DNA of 64,000 nt from an uncultured Bacteroidales bacterium (GCA_946624925.1 CAMOSO010000040.1:1404-65403); one strand, 5' to 3'; positions 36,591 to 46,689 are shown, numbered from the stretch's first letter. The notes: a model not told the origin generated them from the sequence alone. Numbers and translations are program-made.

Positions 36591-38591
36591 TTAACTAATT
36601 CTAAATCCAATCATCGTCATATCATCGCTGGCGGATGATTGGCTCCATGCGAGGATTTCGTTGTGGAGTATCACTCTTATTTCCGACATGGGCTTGTCGC
36701 TGCTCTCGGCAAGCAATTCTGCCAACCGCGAGCTGCCAAACCTCTCGCCCGACGGGCTTTTGAGGTCGCGTATGCCGTTGTTCATCAGGAAGATAGCGTC
36801 GCCGTGTTGTAGCTGTATGTCCTGCTCGGTAAAATCGTCTTCCCTTATAAAATTGCCCACAGGCATCGAGTCGCCTTTCAGTTGTGTTACTTCGCCGTTG
36901 CGTACTATCAACGCCGTCTGACACGCCGCCGCAAAGCTCATACGCATATTCTCCTTGTCTATCACTGCCAGCGACGCATCCATGCCGCCATCAAACGGCG
37001 ATTTGTTTTCTGCATTGTGGCTGAACATTTTTTTCACTTGCTGGCGCATTTTTTCGAGCATAACGGACGCTTTCATCGGTATTGTCGAATTGACGGCACT
37101 ATTGACGGTATCCTTGAAAATGCTCATACCCATCATACTGAGCAGTGAGCCAGGTACACCGTCTCCCGCGCAGTCGGCTTCCATTACAATGATTTGCCCT
37201 TTTACGTTTTCCACGCGGTACCAGTCGCCCGATACGATTTCCTTGGGAACGTAGTAAACCATGCTGTCGTCAAAAAGTTCTGTAAAATTTTCGGTGGTGC
37301 TTAGCGCGGATTTTTGTATGCGCCGCGCGTAATTGATTGACGACGTAATCTCGTAGTTGGCGGCTTCGAGCGATTGGTTTTGGGTTTCAATCAACGTGTT
37401 GAGCCTCTTCACTTTGCGGATGTTGGTGATGATGAATATCAATACCGCCGCCACTATCAGCAAGATTATGAGAGACATCATGTTGATGCTCGAACGCAAA
37501 CTTTTCTCGTTGTTGAGGCTCTCTATTTCGAGCTGCTTGGTGTAGGTGTCGGCACTATATTTAATATTGTATGTCTGTTGCTCCACCTGTTTCTTAAAAA
37601 GGCTGTCGTAACATTCCATTTGCCGTATGTAGCAGTCGTTGAGACCCTTGTAGTCTTTCTTTTTCTTGTATATTTCCGCCAGGATGCCGTATGATTCCGA
37701 AATCGCCTTTTTGCTACCAATGTTGCGGGCGTATTTGAGGCTTTGGTTGGCGTAATTGAATGCGCTGTCGTAATTTTTGAGCGCATTGTCGCTAAAATAA
37801 ATCTGCGATATGCAAAAAGACAGTTCGCCTAATAGGTCGTAATCTCCAAAGGCATCGAGAGTTGAGAGCGTTTGCTTGTACTCTTTCAGGGCGAGTTGCT
37901 TGAGACCAGCGGCGGAGTGGCAGTCGGCAAGATATTTTTTGGGAACGCTCACCGACTTGTTGAGTTTTTTACATTCGGTGCGGATGCTGATTGCCTTTTG
38001 AAAAAACTCCTCCGACTTGTCGAAATCCTTGATGCCGAGCCTTGCGCGTCCGAGATTGAGGTACACGTAGGCAAGCACCGACGAGTCGCCGATTTTTTGA
38101 GCTATCGGCAGTGCCATCTTCAATTGGTTTTCTGCCTCTGCGAATTTGTTTTGGTATATCAGCAAGTTGCCAAGGTTGACGTAGCCGTATCCGAGTTGGT
38201 CTTCCACATTGAATTTTACGGCTTTTTCGATGCCGAGTTTGTAATATTTGAGAGCCTCGTCAAAATTGTCCAAGTTTCTCTGGCACACGCCCAAAAATGC
38301 ATACGCTTTCACCTCCTGTAGTATGTTGTTGGTACGCTTGGCAAAATCGAGGCCTTTCATACCGTATTGGATTGCGATTTCGGGATTGATGTTGCGGAGT
38401 TTCCAGCAGATGTCGTTGTTGAGTTCGGCGGCGAGCGAGTCGGGGGCTTGCATAGCAACGTTGATAAGGCTGTCAATCTTCTTATCCACAACAGATTGCG
38501 CAACCACCCTTTCCGGTGTCAATGTTGACATCAGTACAATCAACGCGACTATTATCGCCCTAAATAATGTGTATGATATTACTCGTTGCAT
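36591..38591 (-). CDS. TPR-repeat, TM, PP2C/SpoIIE sensor phosphatase (tandem paralogue)
   Basis: Same architecture as the neighbour: SGDWYRVE...EADCAGDGVPGSLLSMMG, FLMNNG and DDMTMIGFRIS. The ATG at 38591 is preferred over the TTG at 38654. Confidence 0.85.
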   Translation of the reverse strand: MQRVISYTLFRAIIVALIVLMSTLTPERVVAQSVVDKKIDSLINVAMQAPDSLAAELNNDICWKLRNINPEIAIQYGMKGLDFAKRTNNILQEVKAYAFLGVCQRNLDNFDEALKYYKLGIEKAVKFNVEDQLGYGYVNLGNLLIYQNKFAEAENQLKMALPIAQKIGDSSVLAYVYLNLGRARLGIKDFDKSEEFFQKAISIRTECKKLNKSVSVPKKYLADCHSAAGLKQLALKEYKQTLSTLDAFGDYDLLGELSFCISQIYFSDNALKNYDSAFNYANQSLKYARNIGSKKAISESYGILAEIYKKKKDYKGLNDCYIRQMECYDSLFKKQVEQQTYNIKYSADTYTKQLEIESLNNEKSLRSSINMMSLIILLIVAAVLIFIITNIRKVKRLNTLIETQNQSLEAANYEITSSINYARRIQKSALSTTENFTELFDDSMVYYVPKEIVSGDWYRVENVKGQIIVMEADCAGDGVPGSLLSMMGMSIFKDTVNSAVNSTIPMKASVMLEKMRQQVKKMFSHNAENKSPFDGGMDASLAVIDKENMRMSFAAACQTALIVRNGEVTQLKGDSMPVGNFIREDDFTEQDIQLQHGDAIFLMNNGIRDLKSPSGERFGSSRLAELLAESSDKPMSEIRVILHNEILAWSQSSASDDMTMIGFRIS

Positions 38592-38777
38592 TATAACCGC
38601 AAAGTTAATTGTTTTTTTTCGTTTCAACAAAATCCAAACGCAAAAATCTTGCAAATTTTTTTTATAATTATGTCAAAAAAAACGTGTTGTGCAAAAAAAA
38701 TAATAATCACTTAACATTGCCCTATCCAAAAATTCTTTATTTTTGTATGGTTGAAATTTCAAGACAATTTGTAGCAA

Positions 38778-39683
38778 ATGATAACTAATTTGGAACAATT
38801 GGTGGAGCATGCCTCCAAGGTGGGTCGCAAAAAACTCTCTGTGGCGTGTCCGTATGACGGGCATACTATGGCAGCAGTGGAACGCGCTCGTAGTCAGGGT
38901 TTTGTGGATGTAGTTTTTACGGGCGACTTGGAGCGTATCAAGATTGCCGCCGCAGAATCCGACATCGATTTGTCCAATTATGAAGTTTGCGACATTCCTT
39001 TTGATGATGCTGCGTTGCAGACTGCCTGCCGCAAGGTTTCCGTAGGCGAGACGGATATTTTGATGAAGGGCTTGATTAGTTCGGAAAAATACCTTAAAGC
39101 CGTGCTCAACCGCAACACAGGTCTCCTGACGCTTGGCAGCACCATCAATCACGTTGCCGTGATGCAAAATCCCAATATTGATAGGCTGATTATTTTTGGT
39201 GATTCGGCGGTGATGCCCACTCCCGATTTCAAACAAAAATTGCAGATACTCAATGCGTTGACCTCAATGGCAAGAATCCTCGGCAATGAAAATCCAAAAG
39301 TTGCTTTTGTGGCGGCGACGGAGTTGATTAGCCCTGCAATTACTGCGGGTCAGGACGCTGCAATTATTTCAAAAATGAGCGAGCGCGGGCAGTTGGATTG
39401 CATTGTGGACGGTCCGCTCGGTCTTGATGTCGCCATCAATAAGGAAGCCGCTGATATTAAGAATGTTAGAGGTTCAATCCACGGCGATGCAGATTGTCTT
39501 GTGTTCCCCGAAATTGAGGCTGGCAACGCCTTTTATAAAGCCAACACCAAACTCGCAAATTCCACAATCGCCGCTGTCCTCGCTGGTACAAAATCTCCCG
39601 TCGTAATGACCTCACGTGCAGATAGCATTGATTCTAAATATTATTCAATTTTGTTGGCGTTGATTGCCGGAACGGTGGTTTAA
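38778..39683 (+). CDS. ptb: Phosphate butyryltransferase/phosphotransacylase (PTA_PTB family)
   Basis: 301 aa, collinear with Ptb-type enzymes ([32 protein letters not shown]). No butyrate kinase gene is adjacent. Confidence 0.8.
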   Translation: MITNLEQLVEHASKVGRKKLSVACPYDGHTMAAVERARSQGFVDVVFTGDLERIKIAAAESDIDLSNYEVCDIPFDDAALQTACRKVSVGETDILMKGLISSEKYLKAVLNRNTGLLTLGSTINHVAVMQNPNIDRLIIFGDSAVMPTPDFKQKLQILNALTSMARILGNENPKVAFVAATELISPAITAGQDAAIISKMSERGQLDCIVDGPLGLDVAINKEAADIKNVRGSIHGDADCLVFPEIEAGNAFYKANTKLANSTIAAVLAGTKSPVVMTSRADSIDSKYYSILLALIAGTVV

Positions 39684-40291
39684 GCATTGTAAACCGTTCT
39701 TGTCTCCAATGACCTTGCCAATGTAACTTCGTCGGTGTATTCCAAGTCGCCGCCGAAAGCCACGCCGCGTGCTATCTGGCTGATTTTGTTTACTTTATCG
39801 GAGAACAATCGTGAAAGATAAAAACACGTTGTGTCGCCTTCCATGTTTGCGCTCAATGCAAAAATAAGTTCATTTACATTGCCGCCGTCGCCGATGCGGT
39901 CGGAGAGTTGTTGGATGTTGAGGTCGCCGGGGCCGATGCCGTCGATAGGGGAGATGAGCCCTCCCAAAATGTGGTAAGTGCCTTTGTAAGTGCTGGTTTG
40001 CTCGATTGCAATGACGTCGCGGATGTTTTCAACTACGCATACAGTGGCGCGGTCGCGACGCGGATTTGCGCAGATGCTGCACGTTTCTTCATCTGAAAGA
40101 TTGCCGCAAACCTTGCAGGTTTTGATGTTTTTTTTGAGGTTGACGAGCGATTCCGCCAAAGCGTTTACGGTGTTGGTGTCGCGCTTCAGAAGGTCGAGGA
40201 CGAGTCGGAGCGCGGTCTTGCGCCCGATGCCGGGGAGTTTGGAGAAATTATCTACCGCCGTTGTCAACAGTTTTGAGGGAATGTATTCCAT
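39680..40291 (-). CDS. recR: Recombination protein RecR
   Basis: [12 protein letters not shown] (HhH), the C4 zinc finger [16 protein letters not shown], and Toprim [13 protein letters not shown] place the start at the ATG at 40291, because the longer track ORF would encode a GC hairpin plus T7 tract (40313-40336). Confidence 0.92.
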   Translation of the reverse strand: MEYIPSKLLTTAVDNFSKLPGIGRKTALRLVLDLLKRDTNTVNALAESLVNLKKNIKTCKVCGNLSDEETCSICANPRRDRATVCVVENIRDVIAIEQTSTYKGTYHILGGLISPIDGIGPGDLNIQQLSDRIGDGGNVNELIFALSANMEGDTTCFYLSRLFSDKVNKISQIARGVAFGGDLEYTDEVTLARSLETRTVYNA

Positions 40292-40312
40292 TTTCCTTGT
40301 GAACGTTAGGTT

Positions 40313-40336
40313 GCCGCCTTGCAGCGGCGTTTTTTT
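40313..40336 (+). terminator. Terminator-like GC hairpin plus T7 on the plus strand, upstream of recR
   Basis: GCCGC-CTTGCA-GCGGC followed by GTTTTTTT. It is oriented against the local genes. Confidence 0.4.
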
Positions 40337-40351
40337 CAACGTGAATTTTGG

Positions 40352-40413
40352 CGAATTATAACGAATTAAAACGAATTTCTTTTTAATAATTCGTTTTAAT
40401 TCTTTTAAATTCG
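40352..40413. repeat. AT-rich long inverted repeat built from CGAATT motifs, downstream of the 40416 gene
   Basis: Perfect 15-bp arms GAATTAAAACGAATT (40363-40377) and AATTCGTTTTAATTC (40388-40402), extended imperfectly on both sides. Confidence 0.75.
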
Positions 40414-40415
40414 TT

Positions 40416-41171
40416 TCAATTTTTGTTTAAAAAAGAAGCCGTCGTAGGCGGCGTTGATAATGTTATCGTTGCGGATTTGTAGAAGATGAACATCGAGGTT
40501 GCTATCAGGATGTGCGAAATGTCGTTGTGATTGAACCACGGCGAGAATTGGAATTTTGTTGCCATCACGGGTCCTGAAAAAAGCATCACGCCCGCGCCAA
40601 TGAGCAACAATTTTTGTTCTGCTCCAAATTGGTGTTTCTTTACCATCAATTGCAACGGCACGAGCACTGCGTATAGTGTAAACGCAATGTGTGCGGCGGC
40701 GACGTTGTAGTCAACATAAATAATCATCAATATCAATACCAAAATCGACTCTGCCGTGATGACTGCAAGCCAACGTTTGCGCGAAATGTCGGGCGCAAGG
40801 TCGGAGGCGCGGTCAACGAGCGAGAGTTCAAAGAGGGACGCGGATGTTATGTTGAAAAGCCAATTGGGCATATTGTGGATGTGGTAGGCGAATTTATCAG
40901 ACCAATCGAGGAGCGCGATTTGAGGCTTGGTGAGTAGAGGCTCCACAAAATAATATGCGAATGCGTGGCTCATCAACCCTGCAAACAATGTGCAAAGTCC
41001 CATCGTCAGGAAAAAATGCGGATAATGCGGCATATATCCGCCGTTTGCCTTTGATGTGCGGCGGAGTTTGATGTATGCGGAGATGCACACTGCTGTTATG
41101 ATGAAGTCGGTGAGGGCAGTCATTGGTTCCAACACTGACACGCCGCCCAAAAGCCATTCTGTTCTTTCCAT
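40416..41171 (-). CDS. Hypothetical polytopic membrane protein (about 7 TM)
   Basis: 251 aa, hydrophobic throughout. I do not recognise a family. Confidence 0.5.
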   Translation of the reverse strand: MERTEWLLGGVSVLEPMTALTDFIITAVCISAYIKLRRTSKANGGYMPHYPHFFLTMGLCTLFAGLMSHAFAYYFVEPLLTKPQIALLDWSDKFAYHIHNMPNWLFNITSASLFELSLVDRASDLAPDISRKRWLAVITAESILVLILMIIYVDYNVAAAHIAFTLYAVLVPLQLMVKKHQFGAEQKLLLIGAGVMLFSGPVMATKFQFSPWFNHNDISHILIATSMFIFYKSATITLSTPPTTASFLNKN

Positions 41172-41230
41172 TTTGTAAGTATTGTTTCGGACGGCAAAGT
41201 TAGTGTTTTTTTGTGTGATTCACAAAAAAA

Positions 41231-44200
41231 TCAGAGTACGATGCCAAGCACGTGTACATCGTCGGTCTGTTCGTAGTCGCCCTTCCACTCCAAGAATGTG
41301 CGTTCCAATTCTACGCGCTGTTGTTCCATTGGGAGTTTGTAGTATTGTAGCAGCAATTTTTCAAAAGTGGCGATGTAAAACCTCTTTTGCTTGTCGCCGC
41401 CAAATTGGTCTGGGTAGCCGTCTGTGGTGGCGTAGGCAATGTCGCCGTGGTTTACTTTGAATTGTGTGCTTTTGAATGGAACGGTGTCGCGTCTGTCGAT
41501 GCCAATGGTCATGCGGTTTGGCTTGAGGCGGATGAGGTATGCGTCTTTTTGGTCGTTGATAATAATCTTGCTGCCCGAAGCCTCGCATACAGCCTCGGTC
41601 TCCGCGTCTGGCGTTCCAAACCTTAATATATATGCGTGTGAATATGCGCCGGCGTAGTCGATGATGCAGTTGTTGCGGTCATATACAAACATACTTGCAT
41701 CCATGCTGTCGCTCAGTACGCCGTCCTTGTCGCGCTGGTGGAGCTGGTGGATGATGCCGGTGCGCACGATGTTGAGTATGTTGGCGGCGGTGATGTCGTC
41801 GAGTTTGTAGAGAGTTTGGTTGAGCATCACCTGACCAAGCATACTGATGAAAGCACCCGGCACGCCGTGGCCTGTGCAGTCGGCGACGGTGAATACAGAT
41901 AGTCCGTTTTTGTAGCCGACCCAATGAAAATCGCCGCTCACGATGTTGCGTGGCATATTGATGACAAAATGGTCTCCCAAAATCTCGTCAGAGAATATCT
42001 TCATCGGTTGTATTGCGTCTTGTATGCGTCGGGCGTAAGTGATGGAAGCGTTGATTTCCTTGTTTTGGTCGTCGATTTTTTCGTATGCCCGGTGTAGTTC
42101 GGTGATATTGGTGCTCACCCATACAATCATCATTATTTCACCGTTGTCGTCCAATACCGGCGTAACCGACGATTGCACCCAAAATGGCTTGCCTTCCAGG
42201 TGTTTCATCTCGGCGGTGTAAGTCTGAGTCTCTTTGGTGGCGATTACTTTTTCGAACACGTTCCTTGTCTCTGGCGTCATTGCCGACGCTTTGAGGGCAG
42301 GATGAGTGTTTAACTGCGAAATGGGGATGTGAGTTTCGCGGGAGAAGGCGTCGTTGAACCAAATCATTTTGCCTTCCTTGCTTGTGATATAGATGGAGTT
42401 GCTTGTAGTAGAGGCTACGGCAGAGAGCATCTGGAGTTCGTGGTTGCTTTCTTCGAGTTTTTGTGTGGTATTGTGGAGTTCTGTGATGTCGGTATTTACC
42501 CACACAATCATAGAAATCTCGCCGTCGTCGTCAAGCACGGGAGTTACAGCCACTTGCACCCACATCGACATACCTTCTATGTGCGTGATTTGGGTGGTGT
42601 ATTCTTGCGGCTGTTTTGTGGCGATTACTTTTTCGTAAATTTTTCTTGTTTCGGGCGGCATCGCTACCTTCTTGGTCGCGGGATTTGTGCCTATTTGGTC
42701 TAATGTAATGCCCGTGTCCCGTGTGAAAGCGTCGTTGAACCAAATGAAATCGCCTTCATAATTGGTGATGAAGATGGAGTTGCTGGTCATTGCCGCCACA
42801 GCGGAGAGCATTTTGAGTTCGCGGTTGCTCTTTTCGAGTTTTTGGGTGGTCTTGCGCAGTTCGGTGATGTCGCTGCACACAAGCACCATCATTGAGATTT
42901 CGTTGTTATGGTCGAATATGGGCGTCAATGTTGTCTGCATCCAAACGTCGCCTTTTTCGGGTGCAAACAATTTCATATTGAATACGAAATCGGTGGATTG
43001 CTTTGTTTCCAGCACTTTGGCGTATGCCTCCTTTGCCTGTGCCGGCATCAGCGAGCCCCTGAGCTCGGGATTGGTGTGGAGATCCTCGAATGGTATGCCC
43101 GAATATTTGGAAAACGACTCGTTGAACCACGTGAAATCGCCTGTGATGTCGGTGATGAAGATGGCGTTGACAGTGGCGGCGGCCACTGTGGAGAGAATAC
43201 GCAATTCCTTGTTGCTCTCTTCGAGCATCTCGGTTGTGGCGCGGAGTTCTTGGTTTTTCTGCGAAATCTCCTCTTGTTGCACTATGAGTTCCTGCGAACG
43301 TTCTTCCAAAGCGTCGCGTTGTTCGCGTAGCAGTTGGTTTTTCTTTTTCTTTTTGATGAATAGCAACACAATCACCGATAGCGACAACGCCGACATTGCG
43401 ACAAATGCTATCGCCCACCTGATGATTTTTTCGTCGCGCTCCAATTCTTGTTCCTTGATTTGTTCTGCGAGGTTGCGCTCCTGGTCAAACAAATATTCCA
43501 TCTCCTCGCGGGTGGCTTCCTTGATTTTGTCCAAGTCGGAGACGGCAAAATACGATTGCTGAGCGATTTGGAGATAGTTGAGAGCCTTTTTGTAATTTTT
43601 TTTGTGGTCGTAAATACGCGAAAGTGAATGTGCAGAATGTGTCATAAGCGGGAAGGCGCGTATTTCGCGTGCCAGGTCAAAGCCTTTTTCCATATAATAT
43701 GCTGCCGAATCCTCCATGTTTTTGTAGTTGTAATACTCGCCGAGAGTGATGTATGAATCGGCAATTTTATCCTTGTGAGCGAGTTGGCGGCGGATGCGCA
43801 ATGCGAGGAATATATTGACAACGGCGGCAGAGTCGTTGTTTTTTTTCATGTATGCGATGCCGAGTCCATTGTGTCCGTCGCTGAGGTATTTGAGCGAATT
43901 GCGCGCCGAATTGTCAAGCCCGGTTTCTATGAAATTGTTGATGCCGTCCTTGTAAAGTTGTATCGCTTCGTCGAATTGGTTGGAGGCGAGTTTGAGGTCG
44001 CCGTCCACTATCAACGAAGTGTTGTAAAAATTGCGGTACATGTTGTTCTTGGAGTTTTTGTCGCGTTTGAAAATCGACAATGCCCCTGCAATATATCCTG
44101 CTGCTTTTTTGTAGTCGGCTTGGTTTTTATAGATGATAGCTGTGTGCAGATACACCTCGCCGGTCAAGAGTGGGTCGTTGGTGCACTCGTTTTCCACAAT

Positions 44201-44743
44201 AGAAACCGCTTTGAGAATGTTGCGGATGCATAGCACTTCGTTGTGGATTTCGTTGTAAGCGTATGCAAGAAAACAATGCATTTTTGCAATCTGTTTGTAA
44301 GCCTTTTTGGGCGTTAGGTATTTGATGGCGTATTGATAGCAACTGATTGCAGAATCAATCCGCCGCTCACGTATAAGGCTGTGTGCCTGTAGAATTTGGG
44401 CACGTATGTAAATCTCATTGTCGCCGGATATTTCGGCGAGATGCTGCATTTTTTGAATGCAGCGGTTTTTGCCGTTTTGACTGTTGATGACATCGTACAT
44501 CAGGTATATGCGAGCCAGGGAGCCGGTAGCCTTCAATGGGTCCTCCTCCTTTGCAACGGCGTTTTCGGCTTTCATCAACGTATTGTTCCACAATTGTTTG
44601 TTGCTTGGGTCGATGGTGTACAGCGACGCGGTAATCTCTTGTTCTTCTTCGCAAAGAATATCGCTGTATATGTATTCCACCTGTCCCAAACAATTGCTGA
44701 CAATCGTTGTCGTTAATAATATGACGAGCAATAATAATTTCAT
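41231..44743 (-). CDS. Large sensor phosphatase: signal, TPR repeats, TM, coiled coil, three tandem PAS modules, PP2C/SpoIIE
   Basis: 1170 aa with three ~125-aa PAS-like modules (about 42060-43230) sharing long identical strings. The C-terminal PP2C has SGDFHWV...VADCTGHGVPGAFISMLG, ATTDGY and TDDVHVLGIVL. Confidence 0.85.
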   Translation of the reverse strand: MKLLLLVILLTTTIVSNCLGQVEYIYSDILCEEEQEITASLYTIDPSNKQLWNNTLMKAENAVAKEEDPLKATGSLARIYLMYDVINSQNGKNRCIQKMQHLAEISGDNEIYIRAQILQAHSLIRERRIDSAISCYQYAIKYLTPKKAYKQIAKMHCFLAYAYNEIHNEVLCIRNILKAVSIVENECTNDPLLTGEVYLHTAIIYKNQADYKKAAGYIAGALSIFKRDKNSKNNMYRNFYNTSLIVDGDLKLASNQFDEAIQLYKDGINNFIETGLDNSARNSLKYLSDGHNGLGIAYMKKNNDSAAVVNIFLALRIRRQLAHKDKIADSYITLGEYYNYKNMEDSAAYYMEKGFDLAREIRAFPLMTHSAHSLSRIYDHKKNYKKALNYLQIAQQSYFAVSDLDKIKEATREEMEYLFDQERNLAEQIKEQELERDEKIIRWAIAFVAMSALSLSVIVLLFIKKKKKNQLLREQRDALEERSQELIVQQEEISQKNQELRATTEMLEESNKELRILSTVAAATVNAIFITDITGDFTWFNESFSKYSGIPFEDLHTNPELRGSLMPAQAKEAYAKVLETKQSTDFVFNMKLFAPEKGDVWMQTTLTPIFDHNNEISMMVLVCSDITELRKTTQKLEKSNRELKMLSAVAAMTSNSIFITNYEGDFIWFNDAFTRDTGITLDQIGTNPATKKVAMPPETRKIYEKVIATKQPQEYTTQITHIEGMSMWVQVAVTPVLDDDGEISMIVWVNTDITELHNTTQKLEESNHELQMLSAVASTTSNSIYITSKEGKMIWFNDAFSRETHIPISQLNTHPALKASAMTPETRNVFEKVIATKETQTYTAEMKHLEGKPFWVQSSVTPVLDDNGEIMMIVWVSTNITELHRAYEKIDDQNKEINASITYARRIQDAIQPMKIFSDEILGDHFVINMPRNIVSGDFHWVGYKNGLSVFTVADCTGHGVPGAFISMLGQVMLNQTLYKLDDITAANILNIVRTGIIHQLHQRDKDGVLSDSMDASMFVYDRNNCIIDYAGAYSHAYILRFGTPDAETEAVCEASGSKIIINDQKDAYLIRLKPNRMTIGIDRRDTVPFKSTQFKVNHGDIAYATTDGYPDQFGGDKQKRFYIATFEKLLLQYYKLPMEQQRVELERTFLEWKGDYEQTDDVHVLGIVL

Positions 44744-44784
44744 GGCGTAGTTTTGTCAATAATAAACTACATCAAATTCTGTTC

Positions 44785-45540
44785 CTAATTCATCCAATAT
44801 TGACGTTCTTTTTCATCCATTTTTTCGATGGCGTATCTGAGTGTCGTGCGGTGCATTTCATTGCGGTAGTCGGCGAGGAAGTCGCGCAGGATTTCCATGC
44901 CGCAACATTTGCCAAGTTCGCGCAACATCCAGCCCACAGCCTTGTGCATAAGGTCGTGCGGGTGTTTCAGATGGAATTTTGCATATCGCAATGCGTATTC
45001 GGGCAGATTGTTGCGCGAGGTAGTCCACGTGAACACCATCGAAATGCGCTGTTGCCAGAGGTTGTCGCTTTCGGCAAGGCTTTGTACAATGTCTTCTTTG
45101 TCAGGAAGTTGCATGATAGTTTTGTCAACAATCCAATTGCCGATTATCTTTGGCGCGGTGAGGTCCACAAGGTCCCAGTTGTTGGCGCGGCAGGAATTGC
45201 GGACATAAAAACTTGCTATCGCGTCTCGCTCCGCCATCGAATTGACATCGTGTATCAATCTCGCAGACTGCAATTTCAGGTATTTTTCCACCAAAATCAA
45301 GAATCCGCACAGCCTTATTTCGTGGTATTCGGAATCAATTAGTGCCTGAATGTCCTCAAAATCAAGGTCTTTGCTGTCCTTGACAAACGCCCTTGTCTGA
45401 GGATTTTTGAGTCCGAGAAATTTGTCGCCCTCGCCGTAATCGCCTTTGCCGGTCTTAAAAAATTGCATCAGCACCTCGCGCTGTACGTCGTCGCCAGCGG
45501 CTATCATTTTGTCTATTAGTGTTTTGGCTCTGTCTGTCAT
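44785..45540 (-). CDS. DNA alkylation repair protein (AlkD-like HEAT-repeat family)
   Basis: 251 aa. The length and strings (NLWQQRISMVF, KAVGWMLRE) fit the family as I recall it. Confidence 0.7.
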   Translation of the reverse strand: MTDRAKTLIDKMIAAGDDVQREVLMQFFKTGKGDYGEGDKFLGLKNPQTRAFVKDSKDLDFEDIQALIDSEYHEIRLCGFLILVEKYLKLQSARLIHDVNSMAERDAIASFYVRNSCRANNWDLVDLTAPKIIGNWIVDKTIMQLPDKEDIVQSLAESDNLWQQRISMVFTWTTSRNNLPEYALRYAKFHLKHPHDLMHKAVGWMLRELGKCCGMEILRDFLADYRNEMHRTTLRYAIEKMDEKERQYWMN

Positions 45541-45701
45541 AATTGGATGTGTTGAGGTTTGTGGGTGATGTTTTGGATTATTTTTATTAATGATAACTAT
45601 TGCAAATGTGCAAACTTTTTCGCAACCAAAAGTAAAAGTAGTTTTTTCATGATTTTGTTTGGAAATAAATTTTTTCGCCGCAAAGGTAATACTTTTTTTG
45701 T

Positions 45702-45709
45702 TAACTTTG
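45702..45709 (+). promoter_or_regulatory. -7 box TAACTTTG upstream of the 45736 gene
   Basis: Exact TAnnTTTG 27 nt upstream of the ATG at 45736. This supports the shorter start. Confidence 0.45.
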
Positions 45710-45735
45710 CCGCTACAAACACAAAAAAAATCGCC

Positions 45736-46689
45736 ATGAGAAGAATTACCATCATCACCGGCGCATCACATACGGGCAAGACATTGCTTGCGCAGAAAAT
45801 TTTGGAGCGTTGCGCGATGCCGTACCTCTCGATAGACCATTTGAAAATGGGACTTATCCGCAGCGGTCATACGGATTTGACGGCGCAGGACGACGACGCG
45901 CTCACGGATTTTCTGTGGCCAATCGTGTGCGAAATCATCAAGACCGCCATCGAAAACCATCAAAATCTCATCGTTGAAGGCTGTTATGTTCCTGCGGATT
46001 GGCGGAAGGATTTCAATACATTGTATATCAACAAAATACAGTTTGTTTGTCTCGCATTTAGTGAAATGTATATTGATGCCAATTATGACAAAATCATTGC
46101 ACACGCCTCTGACATAGAATCGCGTTTGGACGACAGAGACTGCACAATTGATTCTTTGAAAAAAGACAACAATGAAGTCATCAATAAATTTTCGGCTTGC
46201 AGTGAGGTTGTTACAATAATTGATGGTGATTATGAAAACACAATTATGAATTTGGTGAAGATGACAGTGAATCAAAACTCAGAAAATCAAATAGAATGCC
46301 TATTAGAAAAGCCATTTTGGGTTGTTGACTTTTTGCCCGAAAGGGTGTTGGCAGAGCGTGCCAAACAATATTTTGCGGTGGAAGAATTTTGCTGTAATGG
46401 TCAATATATCAATCAATTGTATCAACGATTTGCATATTTGGTAACCAAATTGAGTTGTTATTTCGACATTTTCGGCAATCCATCACCAAAAGAAATTTTT
46501 GACAACATAAATAATTGTTTGTCAAGAGGATACACAAATTTTCTTTTCGCAAACGAGGATGCATTAATTTCATTAAACAGCGGCGATTTGTATATGACAG
46601 TTTATAATCCTAACGGGCGTTTTTTGGAGATGATGCGGAGTTTGGCGACGGCGGAAGGGTTGTTTGTGAGAAGAGGAGAAAAATTATGA
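45736..46689 (+). CDS. P-loop kinase-like protein (2-phosphoglycerate-kinase/AAA_33-like N-domain) with an unassigned ~150-aa C-terminal domain
   Basis: The start MRRITIITGASHTGKTLLAQ carries Walker A. The N-terminal 59 aa of the track ORF look like non-coding AT-rich sequence. I do not recognise the C-terminal half. Confidence 0.55.
   Translation: MRRITIITGASHTGKTLLAQKILERCAMPYLSIDHLKMGLIRSGHTDLTAQDDDALTDFLWPIVCEIIKTAIENHQNLIVEGCYVPADWRKDFNTLYINKIQFVCLAFSEMYIDANYDKIIAHASDIESRLDDRDCTIDSLKKDNNEVINKFSACSEVVTIIDGDYENTIMNLVKMTVNQNSENQIECLLEKPFWVVDFLPERVLAERAKQYFAVEEFCCNGQYINQLYQRFAYLVTKLSCYFDIFGNPSPKEIFDNINNCLSRGYTNFLFANEDALISLNSGDLYMTVYNPNGRFLEMMRSLATAEGLFVRRGEKL

Noticed and set aside
38673-39236. 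A 187-aa minus-strand ORF overlapping the start of ptb
   Set aside because: It is antisense to a well-supported PTA_PTB gene, has no motifs, and covers the ptb promoter region.
42762-43562. A 266-aa plus-strand ORF opposite the PAS region, and a similar 230-aa ORF (60377-61069) opposite the MCP gene
   Set aside because: Both are shadow ORFs over repetitive or coiled-coil coding sequence, with no independent start context or motifs.
45559-45735. N-terminal extensions of track ORFs (45559-45735; also 54302-54673, 63012-63164, 62950-63132, 40292-40339)
   Set aside because: The extensions translate AT-rich promoter regions containing TAnnTTTG boxes or terminator hairpins. Internal ATGs give canonical N-termini (P-loop, YjbR start, lipoprotein signal, HemC start, RecR start).
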